Positions 1 to 10,154 of a stretch of DNA of 64,000 nt are shown one piece after another; position 1 is the first letter of the stretch, and each line of letters starts with the position of its first letter. A model generated the notes under the pieces. That model did not search any database and was not told where the DNA came from. It saw nothing but the letters and a program-made list of their open reading frames with translations. Source of the DNA: an uncultured Nitrososphaeraceae archaeon (GTDB taxonomy: Archaea; Thermoproteota; Nitrososphaeria; Nitrososphaerales; Nitrososphaeraceae); the NCBI GenBank assembly GCA_963765895.1, contig CAVXZB010000024.1, forward strand, positions 64,001 through 128,000, in the 5' to 3' direction. The translations under genes were made by a program, and so were the position numbers.

Positions 1-789
1 TTGTGCTGGTTTATAGTACCCCAGTTTCGTAGCAACGTCTCTAGTTACTCTCCAATAAGGATCTTGATCTATTGCCGCAGGAATCAGAACTGGAGTTGGT
101 TCCTTTTCGATAACTGAAGGAAGAAAGCAGGTCGAAGCTTGAATAGGAGGAAAACCAATCATGCCTATATTACTAGAATTTGAAAAGCCGAAAACGGCTT
201 TCGCTGTAGAAAAAGTGATATGCCTTGCTATTTCCGTAGCGATGGGGTACAAATACTGTATATGTTTAGAATCAACCAGAATTTTCGTCTTCTTGGGATC
301 AAAGCCAGTTGCTATTATATCTAAAATATTTTCGTGGGTAAAATAGTCTATTCTCTCTTTACTGAGGTCTTGGTTAAAAAGAAATTTTTCATCGTCAGTA
401 AGCTGGAAAATAAGTTTTGAATTAAATTTCTCCTGTAGATATTTTGAGAAAAGCCATGGCATGATATGGCCCATATGTACCATCCCGGATGGCCCTCTTC
501 CTGTGTATAGATAAAATCTCTCGCCGTTTCGGTATTTCTCTAAAATCCAGTCCAAGTCACGGTGGGAATAGAAATATTCTAGACTTAACAATGGATGGAT
601 CTCGCCAGTGATACTTCTAAAAGAATCAAGAATACTAGGACCTATGGCCTCTGTACCGAATTTGTCTATTAGTTTGTCATAGTCGACATGCCCCTCGACT
701 TCCCACGGCGTAACTGAGAATATATCTTCGTTGCCTTCAGGTTCTTCTTCTTGAGATCTATCCGTTTGAGGGTCGGCATGCTTCACCAT
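1..789 (-). CDS. trpS: Tryptophan--tRNA ligase, archaeal/eukaryotic type (3' end runs off the window)
   Basis: Manual translation from the ATG at 789 gives MVKHADPQ...VTPWEVEGHVDYDKLIDKFG, YTGRGPSGMVHMGH (HIGH-like) and PAAIDQDPYWRVTRD. Not in the ORF track because it is truncated by the window edge. Confidence 0.95.
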   Translation of the reverse strand, partial: MVKHADPQTDRSQEEEPEGNEDIFSVTPWEVEGHVDYDKLIDKFGTEAIGPSILDSFRSITGEIHPLLSLEYFYSHRDLDWILEKYRNGERFYLYTGRGPSGMVHMGHIMPWLFSKYLQEKFNSKLIFQLTDDEKFLFNQDLSKERIDYFTHENILDIIATGFDPKKTKILVDSKHIQYLYPIATEIARHITFSTAKAVFGFSNSSNIGMIGFPPIQASTCFLPSVIEKEPTPVLIPAAIDQDPYWRVTRDVATKLGYYKPAQ

Positions 790-861
790 ATTTGTCTATA
801 CAACTGGCCATCTTGGCTTAAAGGTTTAAAAGTGTTCTTCCATTGACAAGTTTAAGATTTA

Positions 862-2329
862 ATGAACGATACTGATATACTACATCCAATAGAAAAAGTT
901 ATTTTGGGGGAACTTAGATCCGGGCGGCCCTTGAGTCTCGATGTTTTGGCTTCTACAACTGGCTTGAATATTGATCAGCTCAGAAGAGGTATAGAGCGAC
1001 TTAAATTCAAAGGCTGCATTCATGTTAGAGAATTCTCTAAAACAATAATCTCGCTGGGCTCCAATGGACTCGAGGCTATAGTCAAAGGAATGCCTGAACG
1101 CAGATTGATTAATGCTCTAAAAGCTGGATACAAAGATCTAAAATCCATCAAAAAAAGCGGTCTATTAGACGGAAGAGATCTTGAAGCAGCGGTGAACAAA
1201 GCAAAAATACAAAATAGATGGATTGAACAAAGCACTGCAGAAGCTGGCGATAGGATATTCATTCTAAATGAATCAGCAGATCAAACTTCACAAGAGGAAA
1301 AGCTGATCGAGCGTATAAGCAAACAAAGTATTCAAATTTCTGATCTCTCACAAGAGGAGCTTAATGCTCTAAACCTGCTCAGGAAACGTCCCAATTTTGT
1401 TAATGAGATAAACCACAAAGATATACAGTTAGAGGTGACTCCTTTAGGGTTGCAAGTTTACGATAGAACGGATCTGTTACCTAAATTGTCGAGTAAATTG
1501 AACGAAATTCCGATTGACGTTATTTCTCCTGTTAGTTCTGTATATCCTGGACGCACCCATCCTTTAACTGACTTAATTGAAGAAATAAAGGAGATATTTG
1601 TTAGCCTTGGCTTTACAGAAATTGAAGGGGAGACAATTCAACCAGCATTCTGGAATTTCGATGCCTTATTTATCCCACAAGATCATCCCGCAAGAGAGAT
1701 GCAGGACACTTTTTACTTGAAAGACATGAAGAGGATTGACACGGCTAGAAGCCAGCAGATCCAAGGGGTGTCTCAAACACACAACAAGTGGTGGAACTAT
1801 ACTTGGGATTTAGCCAAGTCCGAGAGATTGGTTCTACGCACTCACACGACTCCAGTTACATTAAGATACCTCGCAGATAACGGGACTGAAAATGCTCGAA
1901 TTTTTTCAATTGGTAAAGTATTTAGAAATGAAAAAATGTCTTACAAACACCTTGTCGAGTTTAGCCAGGTAGAAGGGGTTGTAACGGGCAGTAACGTGAG
2001 CCTAACTGATCTAATGGGCTTGCAAACAGAATTTTACAAAAAATTAGGCATTAAGAGAGTAAAATTTTGGCCGACGTACTTTTCCTTACACCGAACCTTC
2101 TTTACAATCTATGATATTTAATGATAATTTGGATAGATGGGTAGAGCTTTTTGGAATGGGAATATTCCGGCCACAGGTGACAGAACCACTTGGTATTATA
2201 AACCCAGTACTTGCTTGGGGAGGAGGAATCGAAAGAATTGCTATGCTTCGATTTGGCCTAAGCGACGTAAGAGAAATCTATAACAACAAATTGGATTGGC
2301 TTAGGAAAATTGCTAAATGCCGGTTGTAA
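862..2329 (+). CDS. pheS: Phenylalanine--tRNA ligase alpha subunit, split by one apparent +1 indel at about 2080-2083
   Basis: FWNFDALFIPQDHPAREMQDTFY, LRTHTT and FSQVEG motifs. Removing one T from TAC-TTTT-CCT restores YFPYTEPSLQSMIF, joining the ORF at 2111..2329 (ELFGMGIFRP, AWGGGIERIAM). Confidence 0.95.
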
Positions 2330-3975
2330 GCCTAGACCTTAAGAGGTTAGAGAAATGGTTCCCTGGAATATCGGTAAACCAACTAATTGATGCACTACCA
2401 TTTATTGCCCTAGATATCGAAAGCGTTACAGATAGTGAGATTAGAATAGAATATAATCCAAATAGACCAGATTTTAGTTCTGATCATGGGATAGCCAGAG
2501 CACTAAGGGGTTATCTAGGTATCGAAATTGGAGTTCCCAAATTCAATCTGACTCGAACCAATAAATATAAAATATTGTCCGATAGCTCTAAAAATCTTTC
2601 TCGACCTTTTATAACTGGACTGGTGGCTAAAAATAGAAGGCTAGGTGATCCAGATATCAGACAGTTATCTGGCCTCCAAGAGGATCTCCATGATGGTATC
2701 GGAAGGAAGAAGATAAAGGCTTCAATAGGTATTTATTCATTAAGTGATATAAAATTTCCACTAAGATATACTTCAGTTTCAAATGATTTTTCCTTTACTT
2801 TTATGAACGGATCATCGGCAACCACGGTCGCCGAATTACTAAATAACCGCGCTTCGGGGACTAAATACCAAAAATTGCAAAAAAAGTCAGGTGGAAACTA
2901 CTCGGCGTTACTAGACAAGAGTAATCAACTAATCTCCATACCACCGCTAGCAAACGGTGTTTCTAGAACTACAGAACCAGGCGTAAGCAATTTATTCATA
3001 GAAGCAACTTCAGTAGATCGCAAGCTTGCCGAAGACATCATCGCTATACTGGCAGCAACGGTATATGATATAGGATTTACACTCCATAGCGTAGTCGTGG
3101 AAACACCTGAAGCCATCAACTACTCACCTAATTTGAAATCCTCACAGATGGTAATAACAACCGACCAAGTTAACGCGACGCTTGGAACAAAGTTATCTAC
3201 CGAAGAAATTATGATGTCTTTAAGGAGGTGTCGTTTAGATGCTAGAGCGGTTAAGAAGGATAACCGAAATATTATTTGCACCATTCCCAGATATAGAGTA
3301 GATATTATCGATAAAATCGATATTGTGGATGAGGTCGCTATAGGCTATGGAATAAACAATCTCATTCCATCTATACCATTTTCCAACATATCTGGAAATC
3401 TGAACTTACTTTCACGCTATCTCGGCATCATAAGAGTAACTATGGTTGGTCTAGGATTTTTGGAAGTAAATAACTTTAGTCTTATCGATAAGAATATACA
3501 ATTTGATTATATGGGCATTGAATGGCAACCTGACAAAGTACTAACTGTCGAAGGTGCTCAAAATGTCGGACTCGATAATCTACGCGACTCATTACTGCCC
3601 TCTTTGATGCAGAATCTCTCTCGCAATATCCATGAAACCTACCCGCAGAAGATATTTGAAATAGCAAAAGTCTTTAGTAACGAGACGAATCTAGAGCAGT
3701 GGCATCTAGCAGTGTTGCTAGCAGCTACCAAATCTAACTTTACCGAAGCGAAATCAGTGTTGCAAGGACTCCTTGAATCCTCATTTGCCAAGGAAATAAA
3801 AACCGAACCCGAGAAACGCTCATACTTCACTGATGGAAGATGTGCGAAGGTTATCATAGACTCTGAGTGGATTGGAGAACTAGGCGAAATCTCAGCCTCA
3901 ACTAGAGATAGTTTCAAATTGAGAGTCCCGGTAGCCGGTTTCGAGATTAATCTTTCTAGAGTACTGCACATATAG
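2317..3975 (+). CDS. pheT: Phenylalanine--tRNA ligase beta subunit
   Basis: NPNRPDFSSDHGIAR, PRYRVDI, DEVAIGYG and LRDSLLPSL motifs; overlaps the pheS stop. Confidence 0.95.
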   Translation: MPVVSLDLKRLEKWFPGISVNQLIDALPFIALDIESVTDSEIRIEYNPNRPDFSSDHGIARALRGYLGIEIGVPKFNLTRTNKYKILSDSSKNLSRPFITGLVAKNRRLGDPDIRQLSGLQEDLHDGIGRKKIKASIGIYSLSDIKFPLRYTSVSNDFSFTFMNGSSATTVAELLNNRASGTKYQKLQKKSGGNYSALLDKSNQLISIPPLANGVSRTTEPGVSNLFIEATSVDRKLAEDIIAILAATVYDIGFTLHSVVVETPEAINYSPNLKSSQMVITTDQVNATLGTKLSTEEIMMSLRRCRLDARAVKKDNRNIICTIPRYRVDIIDKIDIVDEVAIGYGINNLIPSIPFSNISGNLNLLSRYLGIIRVTMVGLGFLEVNNFSLIDKNIQFDYMGIEWQPDKVLTVEGAQNVGLDNLRDSLLPSLMQNLSRNIHETYPQKIFEIAKVFSNETNLEQWHLAVLLAATKSNFTEAKSVLQGLLESSFAKEIKTEPEKRSYFTDGRCAKVIIDSEWIGELGEISASTRDSFKLRVPVAGFEINLSRVLHI

Positions 3976-4302
3976 GATCCTGATGTTTATATTTTGGAAA
4001 TGTTATCAGATACATGCCTGGCCTAATTTGAGTGTCTGTTTACGAGGTCACCACGTGAATCACTTGGTATGCGTTGTATCAGAACTCAATTTGAGCCATA
4101 GGCAACCCCGTAAAAGAGAGTGCACTAGGAGGAATACACAAAGTTGTATGGCTACCTGTGATTAGGTGTGAGTCAGAGACGGGGCACATTTACTACTTCT
4201 TGAAATTGTCAGATTAGATCAAAAAATCTTTGCTCTCCATAACCTGGATCACTTTGAAGGTAATATGTTACTATGAACAGTTTAAGAATATACCGTTAAC
4301 TT

Positions 4303-4479
4303 TCATTGAGTAAGATCAGTGATGCTATTCTTGATGACAGTTTTGGCCTCAGCTGATATGTTATATTGATTTAAAATCTCTGCTGGTGCTCGTATGAGCT
4401 GATTTCTAAAGTCAGGTTCACTCGCAGCCTTAAGTAGAATATCGCTAATAATCTCAGCTTCCTTCTGTCTAGAGTCCAA
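4303..4479 (-). CDS. 58-aa NHLP-leader-like (nitrile hydratase leader peptide clan) small protein; putative RiPP precursor or leader, not in the ORF track
   Basis: Manual translation from TTG: MDSRQKEAEIISDILLKAASEPDFRNQLIRAPAEILNQYNISAEAKTVIKNSITDLTQ*. It has the I-x2-A-x2-[DE]-P-x-F-R-x2-L-x3-P-x3-L pattern. TATA box TTATATA (4512-4506) lies about 27 nt upstream; divergent from ycaO. Confidence 0.75.
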   Translation of the reverse strand: MDSRQKEAEIISDILLKAASEPDFRNQLIRAPAEILNQYNISAEAKTVIKNSITDLTQ

Positions 4480-4505
4480 TCAGCAAATCGGTTGCATGAT
4501 TCCAG

Positions 4506-4512
4506 TATATAA
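4506..4512 (-). promoter_or_regulatory. Archaeal TATA box for the 58-aa NHLP-like gene
   Basis: TTATATA on the minus strand about 27 nt upstream of the TTG start, typical spacing for a leaderless transcript. Confidence 0.5.
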
Positions 4513-4812
4513 TCTTAATGAATAGTATATAAGCCAATCTAACCATTAAATAATTTTTCTGTATTTAGCTCCTTTATACGTTCGACTGCTTTATCCTTTT
4601 AAAACTAATTTCTTGTAACCATTTTTGAGTGCTCATTCTTCCTCGCATTTTCTAAAATATTAAATATTTTGTCTTTTTATCGCATTAGAATAAAACCACC
4701 ATCCAACGCAGGATTACCATTCATAAGATCTCATTCCACTAGGCTGAATGTTCAAGGCTTAGCTTTGATAAGAATTAAATGCTGGCCTTTAATGGGAATA
4801 GTCAACTAAATA

Positions 4813-6120
4813 TTGCAATTACAAAGCCGAAGGAAATGGACTGCTGAAGGAACATCGAGAGTTCAGCCTCCTAACTTGACTCTCATAAACATCAGGCCAT
4901 TATCAAAAATTATTGGGCTTACAAGGTTGGCAGACATTACTGGGTTGGATGTACTCGCTATCCCCAATTACTCGGCAGTTGTCCCTGGAACTCTCGATTA
5001 CATATGGGTCTATAGTGGGAAAGGTCCAACAAGGAGACATGCGATGGCTAGTGCAATTATGGAATCGATCGAAAGATACTCTTCATTACCAAACACCGAC
5101 AATAGGAACCTGATTCGATCGAGCTATGAAGAGCTTTCGAAGAGATATACTGTTGTGCATCCTGATCAAATCTGCGAACCTACCCGATTTCAATTTAGAG
5201 ACGATATGCAGATGGACTATCTGTCGGGCTTTGACTTGCTAAACGATAGAGAAGTAATGGTACCTGCCTCCCTTGCATTGTTCAGATACGAGCCTATACC
5301 CCCTTCTGTTAATCCCTTTTCATTCTATCACACAAACGGATTGGCTTCTGGAAATGTTATGGAAGAGGCCATATGCCACTCTTTATGTGAATTGATTGAA
5401 CGCGATGCCCTTAGTCTTGCCGAACTGCGCGCCAGTGCAATTCCATTTCATTACGTGAGACATATCGCAGAGGCATTGAGAGCCCATGGGTTTTCCAGTC
5501 CTACAATTACTATTGATAAATTTAAGGATGAGTTTGGAATATTTTCTGATGTCGATTTTTCAGATATGGAATTTGAACCGGTACAGAACCTTATCAAAAT
5601 CTTTGAAAGAAATCACATATCTCTAATCGTTAAGGATATAACGACTGAAATCGGTATCCCAACATTCAATGCGGCAAGCGTTGAATGGGTTACGCATGAT
5701 TATGGCTACTTAGCTGAAGGGCATGGGACCCATCCAGATCCCAGAGTTGCATTGTTGCGCGCAATAACAGAAGTCTCACAAACAAGGGCGGCCAATATCC
5801 AAGGGGCCAGGGACGACCTTAGAAAAGTAAAATACAGCCAAGAGAATACAGATGAAAAGCGTTCATGGCGATTTGTTCCGTCCGAGAAGAGTATTAAGTA
5901 TTCCGAGATAGCTGGTTACTACAATCCCGATATACTTGACGATATAAAATTAATACTAGATCGACTGAGGAAGGCAGGTCTAACCCAGGTGATAATCGTC
6001 AATTTGACAAATAGTAAACTGCAGATTCCTGTAGTTAGGGCAGTAGTACCAGGTCTTGAGACATTTAAGATAACTAAGTCAGTCGTAGGTTGGAGAGCGA
6101 GGAAATTTTTTAAGAAATGA
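4813..6120 (+). CDS. ycaO: YcaO-family protein, TfuA-associated (thioamide-forming type)
   Basis: GLTRLADITGLD, SGKG...ASAIMESIERYS, TNGLASG...ELIERDA, RAITEVSQTR and IPVVRAVVPGLE. No Pro-rich PxP C-terminus; ATGA overlap with tfuA. Confidence 0.95.
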   Translation: MQLQSRRKWTAEGTSRVQPPNLTLINIRPLSKIIGLTRLADITGLDVLAIPNYSAVVPGTLDYIWVYSGKGPTRRHAMASAIMESIERYSSLPNTDNRNLIRSSYEELSKRYTVVHPDQICEPTRFQFRDDMQMDYLSGFDLLNDREVMVPASLALFRYEPIPPSVNPFSFYHTNGLASGNVMEEAICHSLCELIERDALSLAELRASAIPFHYVRHIAEALRAHGFSSPTITIDKFKDEFGIFSDVDFSDMEFEPVQNLIKIFERNHISLIVKDITTEIGIPTFNAASVEWVTHDYGYLAEGHGTHPDPRVALLRAITEVSQTRAANIQGARDDLRKVKYSQENTDEKRSWRFVPSEKSIKYSEIAGYYNPDILDDIKLILDRLRKAGLTQVIIVNLTNSKLQIPVVRAVVPGLETFKITKSVVGWRARKFFKK

Positions 6121-6800
6121 AAAGACCTATTGTTTTTCTTGGTCCAAGCATGAATAGTGAAAAGGCAAAGGAGGTATTCGATGCTGAGTACAGACCCCCA
6201 GCGAAAAAGGGAGATCTATTGCGACTTGGATTATCCTCAGACGGTTCTATAGTCGGTTTGGTGGATGGAATGTTTCTCCAGGATTATCCGCCGACTCCTA
6301 TAGAGGTATATCAGCTCGTAACTAAGAAAAACGTTATCGTCGTAGGTGCAGCAAGTCTCGGCGCTTTGAGAGCTGTAGAACTCGAGCGTTTTGGGATGAT
6401 AGGGATTGGTACGATTTTTAATTTATACAGAAAGGGCATAGTCTCAGCCGATGACGAGGTTGCTGTCACATTTGAGGAAAACAGTTATAGGTTACAATCT
6501 GAAGCAATGATTGATATAAGATTTAATCTGTTTCTAGCAGAAAAGCGAGGCATTATTAACAATCAGACAAGAAAAATACTTATCAAAATAGCAAAGAAGT
6601 TTTACTTTCCATTACGTAGCTACAACGATATACTTGATTATTCAGTCAGAGAGATCCCTGAATACGCAGATCAATTTGAACTATTTAGATCATATATTGC
6701 TTCTAATAGAATCAGCCTGAAAGAATTGGACACAATCAAGTTAATCAAGTATATAAAGGCCAAGTATGAACAACTCAACAAAAATGGACAAATAAACTAA
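6117..6800 (+). CDS. tfuA: TfuA-like protein
   Basis: VFLGPS, PPAKKGDL, GLVDG, GAASLGALRAVEL, GMIGIGTIF, DDEVAV and SEAMIDIR are the TfuA core motifs; translationally coupled to ycaO. Confidence 0.95.
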   Translation: MKRPIVFLGPSMNSEKAKEVFDAEYRPPAKKGDLLRLGLSSDGSIVGLVDGMFLQDYPPTPIEVYQLVTKKNVIVVGAASLGALRAVELERFGMIGIGTIFNLYRKGIVSADDEVAVTFEENSYRLQSEAMIDIRFNLFLAEKRGIINNQTRKILIKIAKKFYFPLRSYNDILDYSVREIPEYADQFELFRSYIASNRISLKELDTIKLIKYIKAKYEQLNKNGQIN

Positions 6801-6850
6801 TTACGCTAGATTAACAAATTTCATCTCTAATTGTATATACTATTTATGAA

Positions 6851-7444
6851 TTAACTCTTCCGAATAGATTGTTCCTTAAACCAATTCAAGAAATAGCCAA
6901 TAGAACCTCCTAGTGGTAACGCATCTTCTCTTTTTACATTATATCCCAACAAGACCATTCTATGTAGCAGACGTGTTTGTAATTCTGCAGGTAATTTGTC
7001 TTCACTCAATGGAGGAAAGAGCTCAAAAAAGTATTGTTGTTTATAATATGCTACATGCTGCACAAAACATGCAGACAGAATTGTAGGATCCCCAGAAATT
7101 CTTTTGTGCATTTCAAAATCCTGTCCGTGTCTTTCTGCATGTAACTGTAACACACGTCGATTAAAATTTTCGCGAATTGATTCAGAATTCAATCTATTGG
7201 AGGTTTCTGTAAGGGCTTTGATCTCGTTAACAAGCTGATTCACAGTTCTCCTTGCCAAATCAACTGCGGTTGGCAATTCAGCAGAAGTAACTCCAAAATC
7301 CTTACCAAATAGGTAAAAAGACGCCATTAGCTCATGCTTTGCCATAATTGGAAATTCTAATTTTCCATCAGTAAAGTTCAATATTCTAGAAGAAATATCT
7401 GTAGGTTCAAAAATTCCCATATATGAATCTGCCAGAACTCCCAA
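6851..7444 (-). CDS. Hypothetical protein
   Basis: 197-aa ORF with normal composition and a TATA-like element about 30 nt upstream; no recognisable motif. Confidence 0.7.
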   Translation of the reverse strand: MGVLADSYMGIFEPTDISSRILNFTDGKLEFPIMAKHELMASFYLFGKDFGVTSAELPTAVDLARRTVNQLVNEIKALTETSNRLNSESIRENFNRRVLQLHAERHGQDFEMHKRISGDPTILSACFVQHVAYYKQQYFFELFPPLSEDKLPAELQTRLLHRMVLLGYNVKREDALPLGGSIGYFLNWFKEQSIRKS

Positions 7445-7727
7445 CTTGCTTCAGGTTAGATCATTACTCAAATATATAACTGTAATATCACATAATTCAT
7501 TAATTTGAAAATATATCAATTTAGAGTAGTTTCATGAGGCAAATTGCGAGTGGTTACTTCTACTTCGTGCTCTAAAGGGTACATTAATTTGTGATTGGTT
7601 GTAGGTCATACCGCTTCATCGGATTCGACGTTAACTAAATCAATGAGTATTGCATGAAACTCAATCAGGATCAAAATGACATTAATTTATCACACGTATT
7701 GGTGCGAGAATTCGTGCAAAATGACAA

Positions 7728-8789
7728 TTGTGGGCACACGTAAAATTCAGAAATAACACAATGACGAACATCCTTTTTCACTGCGATAATATCGAGGCAA
7801 TGGAATATCTAATAAAAAACGGCTTTGAGAATAAAATTGACCTTATATATATAGACCCGCCATTTTTAACGAGAGATAAGTATTTTTTGAGAATCCAGGG
7901 CAGTCAAAGGCTCGCTTTCGATGATACGTTTAGAGGTGGAAATCCATTAAAAATTTATTTGGATAGCATGTATCCCCGGCTGAAAAATATAAGACGTTTA
8001 CTGTCACCTTCGGGATCTCTTTTCATTCACATGGATTGGCATATGGTGCACTACATAAAAGTAGTTATGGATGAATTGTTCGGTTATCGCAACTTTCGAA
8101 ACGAGATAGTGATTAAAAGGGGTAGGAGAAAGAATTTGCTTTATCAGTTCAAATCCATGGGCAGAATGCATATTGCAAACGATTCGATTTTATGGTATTC
8201 GAAGGATACCTCAGCAAAGTTCCCATTACCAATGAAAGTGAATACAGTAGACTCAAAATGGATGGGATTTTGGAGTAATGTAAATAGACCTACTATGCGT
8301 TACAATCTTCTAGGTTATATACCGGAAAGGGGTCAATGGAAATGGACCAGATCCAGGGCCATGAAGGCCGTACACAACTATAAGCGCTATCAGTGTTATT
8401 TTTCACAAGTTCCGCTTGAAAAATATTGGCTCCAAACGGGCAGAAGGTTAGAGTTTGTCCGGAAAAGAGAAGAAGTTAAGTATGCTGAATATTGGATACC
8501 ACCAAAGAGTAGGACAGTCTTGGATAACATCTGGCTAGATGTAGAAAGCTATGGATATTCAACTGGATATGAGACAGAAAAGCATGAACAATTATTAGAA
8601 AGAATTATTGGCCAGTTTTCCTATCCTAAGGCATTAGTTGCCGATTTCTTTTGCGGATCTGGGACATCTTTAGTCGCTGCCGCAAGATTGGCAAGAAATT
8701 GGATTGGATGCGACTCCTCCACTCAGGCTATTAACGTAGCACGAAAGAGACTGTTTAATACTAGCTATAAGCTAATAAGGCTGGCTTGA
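7728..8789 (+). CDS. Site-specific DNA methyltransferase (N6-A/N4-C, beta class, Mod-like), no adjacent restriction gene; true start may be the ATG at 7761
   Basis: DLIYIDPPF (motif IV) N-terminal, DFFCGSGT (motif I) C-terminal, plus SGSLFIHMDW and FRNEIV. Confidence 0.9.
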   Translation: MWAHVKFRNNTMTNILFHCDNIEAMEYLIKNGFENKIDLIYIDPPFLTRDKYFLRIQGSQRLAFDDTFRGGNPLKIYLDSMYPRLKNIRRLLSPSGSLFIHMDWHMVHYIKVVMDELFGYRNFRNEIVIKRGRRKNLLYQFKSMGRMHIANDSILWYSKDTSAKFPLPMKVNTVDSKWMGFWSNVNRPTMRYNLLGYIPERGQWKWTRSRAMKAVHNYKRYQCYFSQVPLEKYWLQTGRRLEFVRKREEVKYAEYWIPPKSRTVLDNIWLDVESYGYSTGYETEKHEQLLERIIGQFSYPKALVADFFCGSGTSLVAAARLARNWIGCDSSTQAINVARKRLFNTSYKLIRLA

Positions 8790-9076
8790 TATTCTATTCC
8801 TATTTAGTTTGCTATGGATTACACTCGATTAACAATATATCAAGTCAAACTTACATCTATTCATGTATCGAAGTACGAGACCCGCTACTATAAAATGACA
8901 GAAAGAACACTGCTAAGTCAGATTCCTTCCTAATCACTGGACTTATAGACCGTATAAAGCAATACGATATCAGAGAATCAGATATTAGCGAAAGGAGGAA
9001 AATTAGGAACAATTGGTATCTAACTAGTAGGTGATAACAAAACGCACATTAGGCCGATAGGTGTAAAATTTTCAAG

Positions 9077-9508
9077 ATGCCTGCACAATCGAAAATTGAC
9101 TATGAAAAGCTACTTGGTCGTCTACAACAAAATGTTAGCAGTACCAATCGAAGAGAGGTATCTCGTTTGGAAATTCCCGATCCTCAGGTAATATGGGTAG
9201 GACAACGTACCATATTCAGAAACTTTATGGATTTCCCAAAAGCCCTAAGAAGAGAACCAGAAAAGCTTTTGTTATACCTCAACAAGGAATTAGCCTCTGC
9301 CGGTTATATTGCGGGTGATAGAGTCATTTTTCTAGGACGAAAGGAGCCTTCCTCATTTGGTGCACTTATTGATAGATATGTCAAGGACTATGTCATATGC
9401 CCGGTATGTGGGAGTCCTGATACGAGAACTGAAAAAAGCAAGAAATTAGGCTTTCTATTATGCGAAGCATGTGGAGCAAGATCATCCATAAAGGGAAATT
9501 ATGCATAA
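9077..9508 (+). CDS. eif2b: Translation initiation factor aIF-2 beta subunit
   Basis: YEKLL.R, TIFRNF, YVKDYVICPVCGSPDT and CEACGA zinc ribbon. Confidence 0.95.
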   Translation: MPAQSKIDYEKLLGRLQQNVSSTNRREVSRLEIPDPQVIWVGQRTIFRNFMDFPKALRREPEKLLLYLNKELASAGYIAGDRVIFLGRKEPSSFGALIDRYVKDYVICPVCGSPDTRTEKSKKLGFLLCEACGARSSIKGNYA

Positions 9509-9689
9509 GCAAGGTAAAATGAAAGAATCCTTATGGACTTGAAAGATTTCTCGAAGAAGGACAGTAATTCCGTTCATATTATAAAAAATAGGATCATATT
9601 CGGAATTAATATATATAAGTTTTAACCCGGAAATTGGAAAATATTGACTAACAGTTCTAAGTAGAGAGATTACAATTTGCTTTCATACA

Positions 9690-9917
9690 ATGACTGCAAT
9701 AATGTCACTTAACCAAGATACGCCGGTTCCAGCCTCTGATAGCATCTTTTCAAAGGGGCAAAGCTGGGGTGCGCTAAGAAAAGCGTGGAAAGGCTACCGG
9801 ATCGCCAAGGTCCAAGCTGATAATCCCAAAATGACAGAATACGCAACAAAGATTAGAAAGATACAAGGAGAATTGGGTATCGAAGTTGCCACTTTTCCAA
9901 ACTTAGGGATCTCCTAA
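9690..9917 (+). CDS. Small hypothetical protein
   Basis: 75-aa helical ORF (SWGALRKAWKGYRIAK...IQGELGI) followed by a T-rich terminator-like tract. Confidence 0.75.
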   Translation: MTAIMSLNQDTPVPASDSIFSKGQSWGALRKAWKGYRIAKVQADNPKMTEYATKIRKIQGELGIEVATFPNLGIS

Positions 9918-10154
9918 TCTGGTTTATTTTTTCACTTAACCAAATAAGTGTAGTCGATTTCCAAAATCTCAATCTTTTTATCAAATTATAATAATATGTG
10001 TGGCATTTATAAGAAAAATCCTATTTTATGTTAATAGCAGATTATTAAAAATCTGCTGCAACTTTCAGTATAAAGAATCTTGCAGAAACCGATATGTAAT
10101 TATCAGGCTTCTGAATAGCTTCCATCAGCTGAGCGCTATTGGAGGAGAAGGCAA

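Noticed and set aside
2075-2115. Programmed frameshift or split gene in pheS (likewise dnaK at about 10813 and 12527, and MFS at about 31564)
   Set aside because: Each is a single extra base in a short run within an otherwise intact, often essential gene, with no slippery heptamer seen. The pattern fits sequencing or assembly indel errors.
3983-4165. 60-aa plus-strand ORF after pheT, or a structured RNA (RNase P, SRP) in this gap
   Set aside because: No recognisable protein motif and no RNase P or SRP consensus found by eye; a covariance-model search would be needed.
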